Positions 8,746 through 16,320 of a stretch of 64,000 bases of DNA are shown here, piece after piece. Made by a program: the position numbers and the translations under genes. The notes under the pieces are model-generated. The model was not told the origin of the DNA. It did not search any database and saw only the letters and a list, made by a program, of their open reading frames with translations. How positions within the stretch are numbered: position 1 is the stretch's first letter; every line of letters begins with the position of its first letter. Source of the stretch: Acidimicrobiia bacterium (GTDB lineage Bacteria; Actinomycetota; Acidimicrobiia; Spongiisociales; ZC4RG35); contig JBOGET010000043.1 in the NCBI GenBank assembly GCA_050741975.1, forward strand, positions 14,935 to 78,934, written 5' to 3'.

Positions 8746-8875
8746 CTATTGCCGGCCGACTTTGGCTGCTTTCATTGCCGGCCGACTTTGGCCGAGACCA
8801 ACCATTGATCCACCTCCGTGCCCGCTGGTCGTGACCTCATCGTCTCGGCCAAACAGACGCCGGTCGGGGCTGCCG
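8746..8875. repeat. Conserved intergenic element, copy A (partner at 13212..13345)
   Basis: Near-identical to copy B over about 130 bp. Contains a 12-bp perfect inverted repeat (tttggccgagac...gtctcggccaaa) and a doubled attgccggccgac(t)ttgg motif. It ends 2 nt from the cwlM-like ATG. Confidence 0.85.
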
Positions 8876-8910
8876 TCTCGACAGAGTCTGATCGGCATGT
8901 ATCCCTTTCG

Positions 8911-9231
8911 TTAAAGAAATTCTGCGAGTTCTTGTACGAGCCTGTGCTTGGGGGCGGCGCCGACGATCCTTTTCTTCTCCACACCATCCTTGAACAGGAT
9001 CAGGGTGGGGATGCTCATGACATCGTGCTTGGCCGCGGGCATCGGGTTGTGGTCGATGTTGAGCTTGCCGATCGTGATGTTGTCGTGCTCATCGGCAATC
9101 TCCTCCAGAACCGGAGCGATGACCCGGCAAGGACCGCACCATTCCGCCCAGAAGTCGACCAGGATGGGCCTGTCGGCGCTGATGGCCTCGTCGAAGGTCC
9201 CGTCGTCGAGGATGACGATGTTCTCGGCCAT
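8911..9231 (-). CDS. trxA: Thioredoxin
   Basis: WAEWCGPCR active site. Start trimmed to ATG 9231 (MAENIVILDD...), about 10 nt after aaggaga. Confidence 0.92.
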   Translation of the reverse strand: MAENIVILDDGTFDEAISADRPILVDFWAEWCGPCRVIAPVLEEIADEHDNITIGKLNIDHNPMPAAKHDVMSIPTLILFKDGVEKKRIVGAAPKHRLVQELAEFL

Positions 9232-9283
9232 TCGTGTCATTTCTCCTTGGTCATCTCTCCCCACGGCGAGGGTAGCGAGCACC

Positions 9284-9370
9284 GGGGGGAGTGCCGGCGC
9301 GGCCGGCGAGGGGGGTGTCTCTCCCCCCAGCGAGCGTTGGGGGGAGTGCCGGCGCAGCCGGCGAGGGGGG
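9284..9370. repeat. Tandem G6/C6 hairpin repeat (two 32-bp units) between trxB and trxA
   Basis: Units ggggggagtgccggcgcRgccggcgagggggg at 9284-9315 and 9339-9370. Read on the minus strand, the same CCCCCCTCSCCGGCYGCGCCGG word recurs at 28024-28045. Confidence 0.75.
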
Positions 9371-9381
9371 TTCCTGGAATC

Positions 9382-10308
9382 TCATTCACTGTTGGCCAGC
9401 CACCGCTCGGCGTCCATGGCCGCCATGCACCCGGTCCCGGCGGCGGTGACCGCCTGGCGGTAGGTGTAGTCGGCGACGTCTCCGGCGGCGAAAACGCCGG
9501 GCACGTTGGTGCGGGTGCTCTCATCGGGGGACTTCACGATGTACCCATTCTCGTCGAGATCGACGTGGTCGACGAACAAATCGGTGTTGGGTTTGTGCCC
9601 GATGGCCACGAACACCCCGTTGGTGGCCAATTCCCGACGCTCACCTGTGACCGTGTCCTCGAGAGTCACCCCCTCCACCGTGTTCTCGCCGTGTATCTCC
9701 CTGAGCACTGCGTTCCATATCACCTCGATCTTCTCGTGGTCCATGGCCCTTTGCGCCATGATCTTCGAAGCCCTGAACTCGTCACGGCGATGAACGATGG
9801 TGACTTTGGAGGCAAACTTGGTGAGGAACAGCGCCTCCTCCATGGCGGTGTCCCCCCCGCCGACCACGACCAACTCCTGATCGCGGAAGAAGAACCCGTC
9901 ACAGGTGGCGCAGGCCGAGACACCCCGCCCGGTGAGCTTTTCCTCACCAGGGATCCCCAGCCACTTGGCGGTCGCGCCGGTGGCGATGATCACGGCATCG
10001 GCCGTGTAGTCGTCGCCGCCCACCCTCAGCCGGAGCGGCCTTGCGCCGAAGTCGACCTCGGTGACGTCGACCTGCTGGAGCCGTGCCCCGAATCGCTCTG
10101 CCTGCTTGCGGAACTGATCCATCAGGTCCGGGCCCAGGATCCCGTCGGGGAAGCCCGGGTAGTTCTCGACGTCGGTGGTGATCATCAGCTGGCCGCCGGC
10201 CGCCACTCCCTCGAACACGAGGGGGTTGAGATCGGCGCGGGCGGCGTAGAGGGCCGCCGTCAGCCCGGCCGGCCCCGATCCGATGATGACCAGTTCTTCG
10301 TGACTCAT
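9382..10308 (-). CDS. trxB: Thioredoxin-disulfide reductase
   Basis: FAD motif GSGPAG, redox CATCDG, NADPH motif [10 protein letters not shown]. Confidence 0.95.
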   Translation of the reverse strand: MSHEELVIIGSGPAGLTAALYAARADLNPLVFEGVAAGGQLMITTDVENYPGFPDGILGPDLMDQFRKQAERFGARLQQVDVTEVDFGARPLRLRVGGDDYTADAVIIATGATAKWLGIPGEEKLTGRGVSACATCDGFFFRDQELVVVGGGDTAMEEALFLTKFASKVTIVHRRDEFRASKIMAQRAMDHEKIEVIWNAVLREIHGENTVEGVTLEDTVTGERRELATNGVFVAIGHKPNTDLFVDHVDLDENGYIVKSPDESTRTNVPGVFAAGDVADYTYRQAVTAAGTGCMAAMDAERWLANSE

Positions 10309-10315
10309 TCGTCTT

Positions 10316-10618
10316 TCAGGTCCTCTTGATCCAGAGATAGGTGCCGGTCCCGATCAGCACGACGCCCACGACCGCCAGGGCTCCCGCCGTGGTGAGGGGG
10401 ATTTCCAGGGCACCGAATATCGCCAGGAACAGGAACAGCAACGCGGATAACCCCAATGTGGCGGTCAGGATTCCCAGACCGGTGAGCCGGATCCAACGGG
10501 CGACCCGGTCGACTGTGATCGAACGGATCTTGATCGCGACTTGCTCGAGGATCTCGGCGAATCTGGCGGCCAACTCCTCCATTTGGAGGGCGAGGCTAGT
10601 GCCCACCGGCCCAATCAC
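10316..10618 (-). CDS. Small membrane protein (two predicted TM helices), function unknown
   Basis: ORF 10316..10618. Amphipathic N-terminus followed by hydrophobic segments ([42 protein letters not shown]). Confidence 0.55.
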   Translation of the reverse strand: MIGPVGTSLALQMEELAARFAEILEQVAIKIRSITVDRVARWIRLTGLGILTATLGLSALLFLFLAIFGALEIPLTTAGALAVVGVVLIGTGTYLWIKRT

Positions 10619-11355
10619 CTATCCACGTAGACGACCTCACAGCCAGCGAGGGCGACGAAGGTCACGATGCGGTCTGCCTCCGGGTCCTCGGGCATCGCCA
10701 CCAGGTAGGTCTGGTCCAGCTCGACCTCGTCGACCACGATGTGCTCGTCGAGCCCGGCTCGGCTCAGACACTCCTCGACCTCGTCATCGACGCTCATCGT
10801 CCCCAGGCTTTGGTCGGCCTCCTTGGCCCGAGCCTGGTCGGCCAGCTCGGGAAAGGATGGGGCGAGAGTCCCCGCCGCGGCGGCAGTCGTGGTTGCCCCC
10901 GAATCCGCACCGCCGTCATCGGCGCTGTCCCCGGCGGCGAAGGGGGCGGCCTCTTCGTCTGCTGGGGCCGACTCGGGCCCGGAGCCGATCTCGGCGAACG
11001 TCTCCGCCGTTTCGCCCCCACCTGGGAGCTGGCGGCCGAGGACACCGACCAGCCCGACCAACACGAACAGCCCTGCGGCCACGTAGTACCAGCGCTGCCA
11101 CCAGGGCGCGGAAGTGGTCCTGGCCGGAGCCCTTCTCAGCTCAGTCCAGACGTCACGGTGGAGGGCCGCCTTCTCCAGCTCGGTCATGGAGTCCTTGGGG
11201 GTCGCGGCGAACAGCTCGAGCACCCTGGCATGGGCCTGGTACTCCGAACGGCACACGTCACACGTGTCGACCAGGGCGAGCGCCTCGGAATCGTCCTCCA
11301 GGGAGCCGTCGGCCAGGGCGGCCATCAGATTGAGGTCGTGTTCATGCATTCGCAA
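10615..11355 (-). CDS. Anti-sigma factor (zinc-finger HxxxCxxC type) with one TM segment
   Basis: N-terminal H...C..C-like motif (DTCDVCRSEYQAH) and TM helix YYVAAGLFVLVGLVGVLG. Lies immediately downstream of the ECF sigma gene. Confidence 0.7.
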   Translation of the reverse strand: MRMHEHDLNLMAALADGSLEDDSEALALVDTCDVCRSEYQAHARVLELFAATPKDSMTELEKAALHRDVWTELRRAPARTTSAPWWQRWYYVAAGLFVLVGLVGVLGRQLPGGGETAETFAEIGSGPESAPADEEAAPFAAGDSADDGGADSGATTTAAAAGTLAPSFPELADQARAKEADQSLGTMSVDDEVEECLSRAGLDEHIVVDEVELDQTYLVAMPEDPEADRIVTFVALAGCEVVYVDR

Positions 11356-11367
11356 CCTTGGATGGTC

Positions 11368-11916
11368 TCATGGGTCGGATTGGTTCCCCAAGTGCTCGGC
11401 CAGGAGCCGGCGGCCGCGGAAGACGCGTGACTTGACCGTCCCTACCGGGACCCCCAGGACCTCGGCCGTCTCGGGCAAGGAGAGCCCTTCGAGATCGGAG
11501 AGGATGACGGCGTTGCGGAAGTCGGCGGGGAGGAGGGCCAGGGCAATCTCGATCTCAGGCCGCAACGCCGCCGACTCGATCGCCTGCTCGGCGGAAGGGT
11601 CGGACGGATCGACATGATCGGGGAGGGTCTCCGAGGGTCTTCGGCGTGCTCGACGAAGCTGGTCATAACAGGTGTTCACCGCGATCCGGTAAATCCAGGT
11701 ACCCACCGCCGACCTACCCTGGAATTGCCCGGCCTTGCGGAACACGGTGAGGAAGGTGTCCTGAGTGGCGTCGAGGGCATTCTCCCGGTCCCCGAGGATG
11801 CGGAGACAGACCGAGAACACACGGTCCTCATGGAGGCGCATGACGCTGTCGAACGCCTCCCGATCGCCGGAGACGACCCGAGTCAACAGCTCGGAATCGT
11901 TCCCGGGGAGCGTCAC
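11368..11916 (-). CDS. ECF RNA polymerase sigma factor (SigM-like by synteny)
   Basis: Region 2 (DATQDTFLTVF, GTWIYRIAVNTCYD) and region 4 (LSLPETAEVLGVPVGTVKSRVFRGR). Start set to GTG 11916, which overlaps the upstream stop as GTGA; the track start 12237 lies inside the upstream gene. Confidence 0.88.
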   Translation of the reverse strand: MTLPGNDSELLTRVVSGDREAFDSVMRLHEDRVFSVCLRILGDRENALDATQDTFLTVFRKAGQFQGRSAVGTWIYRIAVNTCYDQLRRARRRPSETLPDHVDPSDPSAEQAIESAALRPEIEIALALLPADFRNAVILSDLEGLSLPETAEVLGVPVGTVKSRVFRGRRLLAEHLGNQSDP

Positions 11917-13208
11917 GGAGTGAATCGTACTTCTGCCAGCTCGGCGTAAAAGGTTCCATCGGGCTGCCGGGGGAAGTCGGTCATCCATAACAGCCAATGC
12001 CCGCCGTCCCGGGAGGGAAGGCTGAACAAGGTGGCGCTGGCCTGAGCCGTGGCTCCCAAGACCCGCTCCCAACCGTCTATCCCCGCCGGCGGGTCGTCTG
12101 CCCAATAAATGCCGAACTCCGTCCCGGTGGAGAGCCCGACGAGCTGGACCTTCGATGGTGCGCCGCTGAGCTGGAAGCGAAGCCCGACTCCGGGTTTCTG
12201 AAGCGAGAGCGGGTCCTGGTACCGCTCGGATCTCCACGTCGTGGAGGCGCTCCCGTCGAGGACGCTGGCGATGGCGTCATCGTTCTCGCCTCCCTCGCCG
12301 AAGGGGTCGAAGGAACCGAAGTCGACGATGGAGACCGGGCCGGCCGGAAGTGTGGTGGGGGGAGGACTGGTCGTCGTCGTGGCCGGGTTGGGGTCCAGGG
12401 TCGTCGTCGGGAATACGGGGATGATCGGCCCGCCGCCCCCGATGAAGAGCCGTCCCAGCGCGACGAGGCCGATCGCCACCACCACCAGTCCGGCCGCCAC
12501 GTAGAGCAGACGTCGCGAGGTCGACCGGGGCTCGGGTTGCGTTGGTCGCAGCGTCGGCGAGGCGAGCAGGGACTTCTCCAGCTCTTCGGCACTGAGACGT
12601 CCCGATTGGGCCGAGCGCAGCACCCGGTCGATGGCGCGGGGCACGCCGTCGATGCTCTCCGAGGGGGGAGGCCCTCCCGGGGCGGTGCCGGTGAGGGCGG
12701 TCTCCAGGGCCGCGGCGAGGGCCCGCACGTCCCCTTCACGATCGGCGCGCCGCTCACGGCCGAATGCACCGAGCTTGGCCGGGTGGGCCACGGAGTAGGA
12801 GATGGCCGAGAGCTCGAGATGACCATGCGTCCCACCCGAGGCGTGAAGGGCGGCCAGGGCGCCGGCGAGACCGGACGCGTTGGGCAGGAACTCCTCGAGG
12901 TCGACCGTCTGCCCGGCGGCCAGGCGATCGGCAGCGGTCGCCCCCCCGGTCCATTCACAAACGGCATAGGCGCCGCCTGCCACGTCCTCGACGGCGAACA
13001 CGCGGGCCAGATGAGGATGTGAGGTCTTGGCCGCCTCGCTGACGCTGGCCACGAATCCGGCCCGACGGTCCGGGCTCGACTCCGGGCCCAGGGATCGGAT
13101 GAGAACCGGGCGCTCCAGCGAGGTGTCGGTGGCCAGCCACTCCTCGATGTCGCCGTCGCGTCCCAGCCTCATCTCGAGGTGGTATCGATCCGAGACAGGG
13201 GGCGGCAT
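11913..13208 (-). CDS. Membrane-anchored pseudokinase with an extracytoplasmic domain (like the C-terminal module of mycobacterial MviN/MurJ)
   Basis: Kinase-like fold lacking catalytic motifs (no VAIK lysine, no HRDLKP, no DFG). One TM helix (LLYVAAGLVVVAIGLVALG), a Pro/Thr linker and a C-terminal beta-rich domain. Syntenic with the sigM/trxB/cwlM block. Confidence 0.7.
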   Translation of the reverse strand: MPPPVSDRYHLEMRLGRDGDIEEWLATDTSLERPVLIRSLGPESSPDRRAGFVASVSEAAKTSHPHLARVFAVEDVAGGAYAVCEWTGGATAADRLAAGQTVDLEEFLPNASGLAGALAALHASGGTHGHLELSAISYSVAHPAKLGAFGRERRADREGDVRALAAALETALTGTAPGGPPPSESIDGVPRAIDRVLRSAQSGRLSAEELEKSLLASPTLRPTQPEPRSTSRRLLYVAAGLVVVAIGLVALGRLFIGGGGPIIPVFPTTTLDPNPATTTTSPPPTTLPAGPVSIVDFGSFDPFGEGGENDDAIASVLDGSASTTWRSERYQDPLSLQKPGVGLRFQLSGAPSKVQLVGLSTGTEFGIYWADDPPAGIDGWERVLGATAQASATLFSLPSRDGGHWLLWMTDFPRQPDGTFYAELAEVRFTP

Positions 13209-13211
13209 TTT

Positions 13212-13345
13212 CTATTGCCGGCCGACTTCGGGGGCTTGTATTGCCGGCCGACTTTGGCCGAGACCAACCATCAGTCCACCTCCGTGCCCGCTGGTCGTGA
13301 CCTCATCGTCTCGGCCAAACAGACGCCGGTCGGCCGGGGCTGCCG
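13212..13345. repeat. Conserved intergenic element, copy B (partner at 8746..8875)
   Basis: Same ~130-bp element. It ends 3 nt from the pseudokinase ATG (13208). Confidence 0.85.
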
Positions 13346-13405
13346 CTCCAAGGAGAGTTGTCCCATTTCATGAGGATTCTTCACCAGTTCAGCATTCGGC
13401 GAGGC

Positions 13406-14083
13406 TCAAACCTCGAACTGGAGCAATTGGAGCGTGGTGTCGACGACCCTGAACCCCTCCTGCTCGTAGAGATGGCGGGCCTTGTGGTTCTCGGGCCTCA
13501 GGTTGAGCACCATGGCCCGGGCCCCGCGTCTTCCGGCCCAGCCCCGGGCGGCGCGGACCAGCGAGGTGCCGATGCCGCGGCCGGAGAAGACGGGGTCCAC
13601 GGCCACCCGCTGCAGGAAGGAGAGACTCATCTGAGATCCGACCAGGGCGTAGCCGGCCAGGTGATCCTCGACCCGAGCAAGCAAGGCGACGGCACGAGGG
13701 GTGGCCCGCATCGCTTCGACCAGGCCTGCCTCGCTCATCCGCCAGAAGCCGTCGAAGGCGAGGCGGTCGATCCTCGTCACCGCCGCCCAATCGGGGTCGA
13801 CCGAGGACTCGATCTGGTGATCGAGGCGCGGCGTCTCGATCCCCAGTGGGCGTTCCATCACCTCGAGGTGGCCGAACATGGCGAAGCCGGCCCTGGTCCA
13901 CACCCGGGCCGCCGACGGGTACAGGGCGGGGGAGTAGACCCTCCCCGATCCCATGGGCCCAAGATGCTCGGACGCCACCCGGAGGAAGTCACTGGAACCA
14001 CGTTCCAGACGGATCGTCGCATCGGGCACCTCGTCGTTCCAGGGCCGGGCAACCGCCTTGGCCCAGCCCTTGCGTATGGTCAC
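13406..14083 (-). CDS. GNAT family N-acetyltransferase
   Basis: Acetyl-CoA motif QRVAVDPVFSGRGIGTSLV. Start trimmed to GTG 14083 to avoid overlap with the divergent deacetylase gene; start uncertain. Confidence 0.78.
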   Translation of the reverse strand: MTIRKGWAKAVARPWNDEVPDATIRLERGSSDFLRVASEHLGPMGSGRVYSPALYPSAARVWTRAGFAMFGHLEVMERPLGIETPRLDHQIESSVDPDWAAVTRIDRLAFDGFWRMSEAGLVEAMRATPRAVALLARVEDHLAGYALVGSQMSLSFLQRVAVDPVFSGRGIGTSLVRAARGWAGRRGARAMVLNLRPENHKARHLYEQEGFRVVDTTLQLLQFEV

Positions 14084-14143
14084 CGGTCCGGGCCAGACGC
14101 CGTCGAGATGCAGGCGATCGGGCACGTGTGGGAGAGTACGGGC

Positions 14144-15148
14144 ATGCAAGTCGTAGTGGCCGCACACCCTTCGGCGATGCGGCACGACACCGGCAGGTTG
14201 CACCCGGAGCGGCCCGAACGGATCGGCGCCGTGCACCGGGGCATCGTCGAGAGCGGTCTGGGTCTGATCGAGATCGAGTCGCCGCCGATCGAGCGTGCCG
14301 AGCTGGCCCTAGTCCACGATCCCGACTACGTCGAGATGATCGAGACGTTCTGCCTCCTCGGCGGTGGGGCCCTGGACATGGACACGATCGCCTCGCGTGA
14401 CAGCTGGACCGCGGCCTTGACCGCCGTCGGTGGGGTCAAGGCCGCGGTTCAGGCGCTGGAGGGCAGAGACGAGGCCACCGGCTTCGTCATGTGCCGGCCT
14501 CCGGGCCATCACGCCATGCGAGCTCGACCGATGGGCTTCTGTCTGTTCAACAACGTTGCGGTGGTGGCGGCATGGTTACGGGCCAACGGCGAGCGGGTGG
14601 CGATCCTCGACTGGGACGTCCACCACGGCAATGGGACCCAGACCTTGGTCGCCGCCGACCCCGGCATCCTCTACGCCTCGCTCCACCAGGGCAATTTCTA
14701 CCCATTCGAAGGACACCCCGAAGATATCGAGATCGGGGCCAAGGGGACGACGATCAACGTCTCCTTCCCCGCCGGCACCGCCGGGGACGTCTACCGGGTG
14801 GCCTGGGACCAGCTGGTCGTCCCCGTGCTCAGCCAGTTCGCCCCGGATTGGGTGCTGGTGAGCGCCGGGTACGACGCCCACACCGAGGACCCTTTGGCCG
14901 ACCTCGAGCTGCTCGACTCCGACTTCGGGTGGATGGCATCTCGACTGGCCCGGGTGCATCCGGCCCGCCGGACGGTGTTCGCCCTGGAAGGCGGCTACGA
15001 CCTCGATGGGCTCCGTCACTCGGCCCGGGCCACCGTGCTCGGCATGGCCGGCGAGGAGCACTTCGGCCCACCCCTGATATCGGTTCCAGCTTCCGCCTCT
15101 GCAGTCGAGGAGGCCCGCGAACCGGTCTCCAGACACTGGGACGTCTGA
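14144..15148 (+). CDS. Histone deacetylase family protein (acetoin utilisation / acetylpolyamine amidohydrolase-like)
   Basis: Motifs RPPGHHA, DWDVHHGNGTQ and EGGY. Start at ATG 14144 (MQVVVAAHPSAMRHDTG...); the upstream part of ORF 13358..15148 is antisense to the GNAT gene. Confidence 0.88.
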   Translation: MQVVVAAHPSAMRHDTGRLHPERPERIGAVHRGIVESGLGLIEIESPPIERAELALVHDPDYVEMIETFCLLGGGALDMDTIASRDSWTAALTAVGGVKAAVQALEGRDEATGFVMCRPPGHHAMRARPMGFCLFNNVAVVAAWLRANGERVAILDWDVHHGNGTQTLVAADPGILYASLHQGNFYPFEGHPEDIEIGAKGTTINVSFPAGTAGDVYRVAWDQLVVPVLSQFAPDWVLVSAGYDAHTEDPLADLELLDSDFGWMASRLARVHPARRTVFALEGGYDLDGLRHSARATVLGMAGEEHFGPPLISVPASASAVEEAREPVSRHWDV

Positions 15149-15214
15149 GAAGTCCTTCAATTCCGGCGTGCCTTCGGCCGATAACGACACCCTGGGTCAA
15201 GGACGGGAAGGAAC

Positions 15215-16294
15215 ATGGAAATCAACATCGAAGACCTTCTGCGCCGGGCTGTCTCGGCGGGCGCATCGGATCTCCACCTCAAGGTCGGGTCTCCTCCGGT
15301 GGCCAGGATCGACGGGGAGCTGGTGCGCGTCGAAGGATTCGATGATCTCAAGCCGGAAGACACCCAGTCCTACGCCGAAGCCTTGTTCACCCCTCGAGCC
15401 GCTCTCGAGTTCAAGGACAGCGGCAGCGCGGACTTCGCCTTCGGGCGGCAGGAGATCGGGCGATTCCGGGTCACCACATTCCGCCAGCGGGGCTCTGTCT
15501 CGGTGGTGCTGCGCCGGGTGGTCCCGGGCTCGAGGTCGTTCGCCGAGCTAGGGTTGCCTCGGATCGTGGAGAAGCTGGCTCGCGCCGAGTCCGGTCTTCT
15601 CCTGGTCAGCGGGCCCTCCGGCTCGGGCAAGACGGCGACCATCGCCTCGATACTCGACTGGATCAACGCCAATCGAGCCGTCTCGATCCTGACCGTCGAA
15701 GACCCGATTGAGGTGCTCCATCCCGACAAGCGAAGTGTGGTGGTGCAACGCGAAGTCGGCGTCGACACCCCCAGCTCGGCCGAGGCGGTTCGAAGCGCCT
15801 TGCGTCACGACACGGACGTGCTCATGATCTCCGAGATCGGCGACGCGGAAACCGCCCGCGCCGCCATCATCGCCGCCGAGACCGGGCACCTGGTGATCTC
15901 CTCGATGAGGACCACCGATCCCGCGGATACCATCGACCGCATCGTCTCCGCGTTCCCCGAGACCCAGCATCGGGTGATCCGCGGCCAGCTCGCCGCCCAG
16001 CTCCTGGCCATCCTCAGTCAGCGCCTGCTCGACGGCCAGGACAAGGGAAGGTCCCTCGCCTGCGAGGTTCTGACCAACAACGAGAGGGTCCAGGAGTGGA
16101 TCATCGGTGGGGCCGATGCTTCCAACCTCATCGACATCATGAAGGAGAGCGAGTTCTTCGGGATGCAGACCATGGACGCCGCTCTCCTCAAGCTGGTCGT
16201 CGAGAGGTCGGTTGACCTCCCGGCGGCCATCCCCTACGCCCGCAACGTCCACGAAATGCGGGCCAAGGCGATGGCGGCCGGCATCCAGATCTAA
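15215..16294 (+). CDS. pilT: PilT-family type IV pilus retraction ATPase homologue
   Basis: Walker A GPSGSGKT, an Asp box, Walker B (DVLMISEIGD), a His box and PilT-like length. No other pilus genes lie in the window. Confidence 0.8.
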   Translation: MEINIEDLLRRAVSAGASDLHLKVGSPPVARIDGELVRVEGFDDLKPEDTQSYAEALFTPRAALEFKDSGSADFAFGRQEIGRFRVTTFRQRGSVSVVLRRVVPGSRSFAELGLPRIVEKLARAESGLLLVSGPSGSGKTATIASILDWINANRAVSILTVEDPIEVLHPDKRSVVVQREVGVDTPSSAEAVRSALRHDTDVLMISEIGDAETARAAIIAAETGHLVISSMRTTDPADTIDRIVSAFPETQHRVIRGQLAAQLLAILSQRLLDGQDKGRSLACEVLTNNERVQEWIIGGADASNLIDIMKESEFFGMQTMDAALLKLVVERSVDLPAAIPYARNVHEMRAKAMAAGIQI

Positions 16295-16320
16295 GGGGTT
16301 CCCCGGATAATCTCCGGGGA

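Noticed and set aside
8746-8875. Possible c-di-AMP (ydaO-type) riboswitch, because such riboswitches precede cell-wall hydrolase genes in Actinobacteria
   Set aside because: I could not find the conserved ydaO sequence blocks (for example the ACGGGGA/CCCG and GCUAACC-like segments) on either strand, and the element's stem architecture differs. It is left as an unassigned element.
9284-9370. CRISPR-like appearance of two 32-bp repeats with a 23-bp spacer
   Set aside because: There are only two units, the repeats are G/C homopolymer hairpins, there are no cas genes, and the same word occurs singly at 28024. This is a REP/terminator-like repeat, not a CRISPR array.
8818-10329. 503-aa plus-strand ORF spanning trxA and trxB
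   Set aside because: It is antisense to two genes with unambiguous active-site motifs, so it is a shadow ORF.
13358-14143. Long N-terminal extension of the deacetylase ORF (track start 13358)
   Set aside because: The extension is antisense to the GNAT gene and is Arg/Gly/Pro-rich. Deacetylase homology only begins near ATG 14144.
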